Assembly: GCA_900128395.1 (NCBI GenBank)
Contig: LT649278.1
Span: 1 to 46,791 of the forward strand
Reading direction: 5' to 3'
Source: Stramenopiles sp. TOSAG23-2
Lineage: Eukaryota
Length of the DNA stretch: 46,791 bases
The notes below the pieces were generated by a model. That model made no database searches. It saw only the letters and a program-made list of their open reading frames with translations, and had not been told where the DNA came from. Position 1 is the stretch's first letter. Each line of letters begins with the position of its first letter. Below are positions 42,089 to 46,791 of the stretch, piece after piece. A program made the position numbers and the translations under genes.

Positions 42089-42733
42089 TTAATTCTGTTT
42101 CTCGTTTGTTTTCTTTACTTTCAGCAACGGGACCACTTCCTCGTCTGCTGCTTTTGATTTTAGCCTTCCGATCATATACCCTTTTTCTAACACGATGTCG
42201 TCCTCCTCGGGATGCAGTGCGATTATTACCTTAAACTTCATTAGTTTGTCAAAATATTGAACAACTACTTTTGCTCGTGATTTATTTAACAGTTTGCCTA
42301 ATCGTTCACTCGGTGTGAATATTACTTCATCCACATACTCTGGCATGTTTCTTATATCCCCTTCCTGGATTATAAAATAGCCTTTTTTGCTGTTCAGTCG
42401 GATGCCCGCCTGCAGGTATAACTTCGTTGTGGGAAGTCGTTGTGATGAGATGGTCTTGCCATTGACAACGATTGACTTTCTTCTGGATGTTCCATCGATG
42501 TTTGCAACCACGCTTGCGGGTTTGCTTTTTCTAGTTGCAATACTTACTTCATCGGCGTGTGTTGTATCTTGCGGTTCAGGGAATGTCATTATATTGCGCT
42601 TTGGGCAAAAGATAATCATATTTCTACTTGTTAAACAGGTGTTTGTTCGTTGGTTTGGCGGTTTGGTTAATAATACGGTTTGTGTTCGGTCTTTGTATTT
42701 GTTGTGTGTTTGTGTATGTAGGTAGTAAAGCAT
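42089..42733 (-). CDS. Hypothetical protein (orphan; start may be the ATG at 42619 or 42589)
   Basis: 214-codon ORF in a locally more GC-rich stretch. The C-terminal ~130 aa have globular-protein-like composition. No family recognised with confidence. Confidence 0.5.
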   Translation of the reverse strand: MLYYLHTQTHNKYKDRTQTVLLTKPPNQRTNTCLTSRNMIIFCPKRNIMTFPEPQDTTHADEVSIATRKSKPASVVANIDGTSRRKSIVVNGKTISSQRLPTTKLYLQAGIRLNSKKGYFIIQEGDIRNMPEYVDEVIFTPSERLGKLLNKSRAKVVVQYFDKLMKFKVIIALHPEEDDIVLEKGYMIGRLKSKAADEEVVPLLKVKKTNEKQN

Positions 42734-43316
42734 TCACTTGTTATTAAATTTACAATAATTATATCTGCTTTAGAATATTCTTCACTTATTCGCCATCCCC
42801 GTGCGATTGCTTTTTACCATACGAATAGCATTTAACGTTCTGTAAAGATGCGTTTCTCCCGTTCTAGTCATTAACAGGCTTTTAGTTTGGTGAATTCCAT
42901 TCACCGTTTATATTTTTTCTATATTGAAGTCGGCAGTAACGGTTCCCAAAGGTTTCATTTTCGTGTTCCATTCCCGCCCAATCGAAATAGCATGCTTATA
43001 TCATTGGCGTTCCCAAAAATCTTATATGGAAAGTCATTAGCACCACACAGCAGGCGTTATCCGAAAATGATTTGGGGTCTCGAGGAGTGTTTAAGGGGCG
43101 TGGTTGGAGGGTAGGGTTGGCGATAAAAATTCGTGGAGGAATTTTTCCCGCAAAATGAAAATCTTAAGACGGTGCTGTGTCAGCCTAGCGTGCAAAAATC
43201 CCAAAACTGTGAATATATTTTTGGGGTTACGATGGACGTACCATTACCCGTGCCGATTTTACTGGGATGATATGCAAGAAAAAATGGATTATTAAAAAAA
43301 TTGCGTATCGTACATA

Positions 43317-43370
43317 AATATAAATTATTTAAATTAAATTTAAATTAAATTTAAATTAAATTTAAATTAT
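43317..43370. repeat. Pure-AT tandem repeat (TAAATTTAAAT, about 4 copies)
   Basis: tttaaattaaatttaaattaaatttaaattaaatttaaatta read directly. Confidence 0.85.
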
Positions 43371-43761
43371 ATTTTTTTTATTTAATATTATTTAAAATAT
43401 ATCGTATGTTTTATGTTTTATATGTGTTTTAATAATCATATAATTCTTCATCACGTTTTCCACCTTTTGAACGTATAAGATCAATGATCTTTTGTTTAAT
43501 TGGATTACCACTATCATATCCCCGGCAATTTGTATCTATATATTGATATATCTATTTTGCACTTTTCTTATAACAGTTTATTGTAATTTGTTGTAAATTT
43601 GTTGTAATTTGCTTTTCTTTTTAATGAATTTGAAATGCTCTGATAAAATTGCATTAAATCACATCAATCACATCATCTATACGACTCATTACATCTACAT
43701 AAATGTATATATTGTATCTATTTACACCATATTAATATTTGACCCTCTTGTTGATTTATGG

Positions 43762-43873
43762 AAACCTAAAAAACCGATTAATTTGTGTATTTGATAGGTA
43801 AATATAGTGTTTCAGTATACGAACAACATTGTACCGAAAATGGGTGACTGGCCGGCACGCCGGCACACAGTAA
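43762..43873 (+). repeat. Partial second copy (part of spacer plus right arm) of the MITE-like element at 15841-16091
   Basis: AAACC...AAACCGATTAATTTGTGTATTTGATAGGTAA..TATAGTGTTT..GTATA...TTGTACCGAAAAT...GACTGGCCGGCAC matches 15971-16070. An internal GCCGGCAC is duplicated, and homology stops at CACAGTAA. Confidence 0.9.
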
Positions 43874-44515
43874 CAGTTCTCTGGACACCAGAGGCATTTC
43901 CAGGTCCAAATCTACGTTTTCCCAGGAAAGCTAGGCCCAGAGGCCAGGTGGAAACTAATTTTAAATACCTTTATCATTACTAGCAGTGAACATACAGTAT
44001 TATAGTATACAAAGGGCGAATTTGGAAATATGCCCTTCTCTCAAGTACAAAAAATACCTAATTTGGCCTATCAAATATATCAAACACTACAAATCTACTG
44101 AGTATATGAAAAGTACTATATTAAGTATAAATATGATAGGAAATGAAAAATGTAAAACATGGCAGAAAAACACAATTTTCACAAATAAAATGTTGAAAGT
44201 GCTCTGACAATGCTAATTTATACAGTGCTATTTCCATATATTACAAAAAACTTCATAGGGAGAATTATCATTACTATAGAAAATAACAAAAAATCTCCAT
44301 ACTATAGTTTTAAGTACTCTAACAAAATTATGTAAATTAGACTACCAAATTTATACTACATTTCTATAACACCTCAAACACACATATTTTTGCCAATTTT
44401 ATTTTTGAGAAATTTCATCCAATATATAAAATTTGCATTACGTCTCACAACATCATTCCCAACATTTTAAAGTCACATAAAGTTTCAGATCCTCTCTTTA
44501 TATATATAACTTGTA

Positions 44516-45848
44516 TCTCTAAACTCCAACCAAAATAAATATTACATTTACATGAAACGCTAGACCCAAAGTGAATTTTCATTCAAAAATGCACTTTTTT
44601 TGACACTTTTATTAAGGTTTTACAAGCCTATTCCATAGAAAGGGTACTTTGACATGCAATTGAAACGTCGTTAGTAAAGTAGGTTCCTGAAACTCAGTTG
44701 TCATCAACTTACTCTTAAGTTTGACTCTATACATGTTCTCTAAACTCCAACCAAAATAAATATTACATTTACATGAAACGCTAGACCCAAAGTGAATTTT
44801 CATTCAAAAATGCACTTTTTTTGACACTTTTATTAAGGTTTTACAAGCCTATTCCATAGTAAGGGTACTTTGACATGCAATTGAAACGTCGTTAGTAAAG
44901 TGTGTTACTGACACTCAGTTGTCATCAACTTACTCTTAGGTTTGGCTCTATACATGTAGAAATGAGAATCGAACCTACTTTTATATCAATATTTTCATTG
45001 ACTTGAGATATATTGTTTCGATTATACCCCATTTTGCAATGTATTTTCACATGCCTGAAAAAGGCCTAGAAATCCAGATTGATTTTCATTCACAACAATT
45101 TTAATGGGAGCTAGAAATCTTCATTTGGAACACGAAACATAAAAAATTTTGATAAAATGTCGTAGATACTCTTAGGTTTGGCTCTATACATGTAGAAATG
45201 AGAATCGAACCTACTTTTGTACTAATATTTTGATGGATTCGAGATATGTTGTGTCGATTATACCCCATTTTGCAATGCATTTGACCATGCTTGAAAAAGG
45301 CCTAAAAATCCAAACTGATTTTAAATCACATCAATTCTAAATGGAGCTAGAAATCTTCATTTTAAACACGAAACATAAAAAATTTTGATAAAATAACGTA
45401 GATTCTATATGATAGGTGATATATTTAACTTTTCTCCGAGAGTTTAGACGTACAATTATGTTTTTAAAGAAAAGTGCTGGAAAAAAAATTTTAATCGCAC
45501 GTTAGCATGGAGTTAGTATTAGAGCACTTTTGCATCGAAATGGTGAAAATCATGAAAGGTTGAAAACTTTCATTGAAGTTATTAATATTAGACTTTGAAA
45601 AAATTCATTTCGAACATGCAACATAAAAAATTTTGATTAAATATCGTAGATTCTATATGGAAGGTGATATATTTAACTTTTCTCCGAGCGTTTATAGGTA
45701 TAATTATGTTTTAAAAGAAAAGTGCTGAAAAAAAAAATTTAATCGCACGTTAGCATGGAGTTAGTATTAGAGCACTTTTGCATCGAAATGGTGAAAATCA
45801 TGAAAGGTTGAAAATTTTTATTGAAGTTATTAATATTAGACTTTGAAA
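44516..45848. repeat. Three consecutive interlocked tandem duplications (periods 221, 236 and 248 bp)
   Basis: A: 44516-44736 / 44737-44957. B: units starting at 44931 and 45167. C: 45372-45600 / 45620-45848. Junction sequences are each present three times. Confidence 0.92.
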
Positions 45849-46791
45849 CGTTGTATATCCGTTACTTATTACGTATACATTGTCTGTAGGTCGTGGTCTT
45901 GGGAGTTTAGTTGTAGAACCATGTTTACTAAAAATATCGTGCATTTTGATCATTCACGTTAGGGTTAGAGATGCTAGCACTACTCAGCACCGCGGGGTCA
46001 TACCAGTACATGACGGGACCTCTCACTCTATTTTTCAACACCATCATACACTCACACGAATGCCATTTCTACTCTTTCCCATAATATACAAAGCTGAAAC
46101 CAATACCTAAAAGTCGTATACTGATCCCCTGAACGTTCCCCGACCGTTCTCCTGTCCATACATCATATATAAGTCGAGCTTTACACCGATATGTGATTTT
46201 CAAGATCGGGTTAGTTTAGGGTTAGAGACCAAAAAATCACCAAAATATTGAAAAATTATCACAAATATCATCAAAATACAATATGTCGATTTTTTCTATC
46301 TAAATCTTCTACAAATTAATCCGTTATAAGACACACCTCTTAACACATGTCTAACGGAAAGATAAAAATGGTGATTTTTTTTCAAATTAGTATGGACATA
46401 GGCTGGACTAAAAATGGAAAATTTCAAAATTACAAAAGGTAGTTTTTTGGGTATACAGATACATAACTTTAGCAAAACAAGTATCCACGATCAATTTATA
46501 TATGTTTGGTAATAAATATACGAGATATATCAATATTTCTGTATCTATTTCATATTTGAATATCCGTTAAAAGTTAAAAAAAACGCGTAACCCTATAGCT
46601 GTAACTCTACTTGATAGGTGGTTTTCACATGTAGTGTCGGCTCTGTCTTACACTTTTTAGTATAAAAATATTATATGGAATTTTGATAGGTTTCAATCTT
46701 CCAAAAACGATATTTACAATTTATGTAAAAAATGATATTTCCATCTATATTATGATATTTTGTATAATTTCATATTGATGGTATTTATATG

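Noticed and set aside
42887-43295. GC-richer patch with short ORFs and TTCCCGC (E2F-like) words
   Set aside because: The ORFs are short and motif-less. Two short words are not enough to call a regulatory site, though the patch may be the promoter of the 42733 ORF.
45958-46227. Telomere-like GTTAGGGTTAG and TTTAGGGTTAG words
   Set aside because: Only isolated one- to two-unit matches with no tandem array, so insufficient to call a telomere or subtelomere.

Overview
AT-rich, intron-poor eukaryotic nuclear DNA, most likely from a stramenopile (inferred from YSPTSPA-type RPB1 heptads, loss of the RPB1 N-terminal Zn ligands, and Asn-homopolymer-rich proteins). Recognisable genes are a Bet1-type Qc-SNARE, an SRPK kinase with a very long spacer, an SF3B6/p14-like RRM protein, TTC5, a GT8 (LARGE/xylosyltransferase-like) glycosyltransferase, RNA polymerase II RPB1, a two-exon EcKL/choline-kinase-like gene, a HisC-HAD phosphatase-HisD triple fusion, two tandem U-box + SEL1-repeat paralogues (both broken by short internal duplications), and an 1821-aa mosaic protein (RING/IBR-like, dynein microtubule-binding-stalk-like, ankyrin, Tudor-like). 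Main observations: (1) the end of the RPB1 CTD is built from 21-nt one-heptad micro-exons separated by mutually homologous phase-0 introns; (2) a 3.3-kb element (6280-9622) with CAC...GTG inverted termini and a 3-bp TAT flank carries an intact secreted/anchored-protein gene but no recognisable transposase; (3) a single polypeptide appears to cover the last three enzymes of histidine synthesis in pathway order; (4) a palindromic MITE-like element has a second partial copy 28 kb away and shares a 13-mer with the termini of the 3.3-kb element; (5) the last ~5.5 kb is gene-poor, with a GGACAT motif cluster, an orphan ORF and interlocked A-A-B-B-C-C tandem duplications. Several near-exact 105-131 bp duplications could be assembly artefacts. 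All family calls come from motif recognition; no database search was run.
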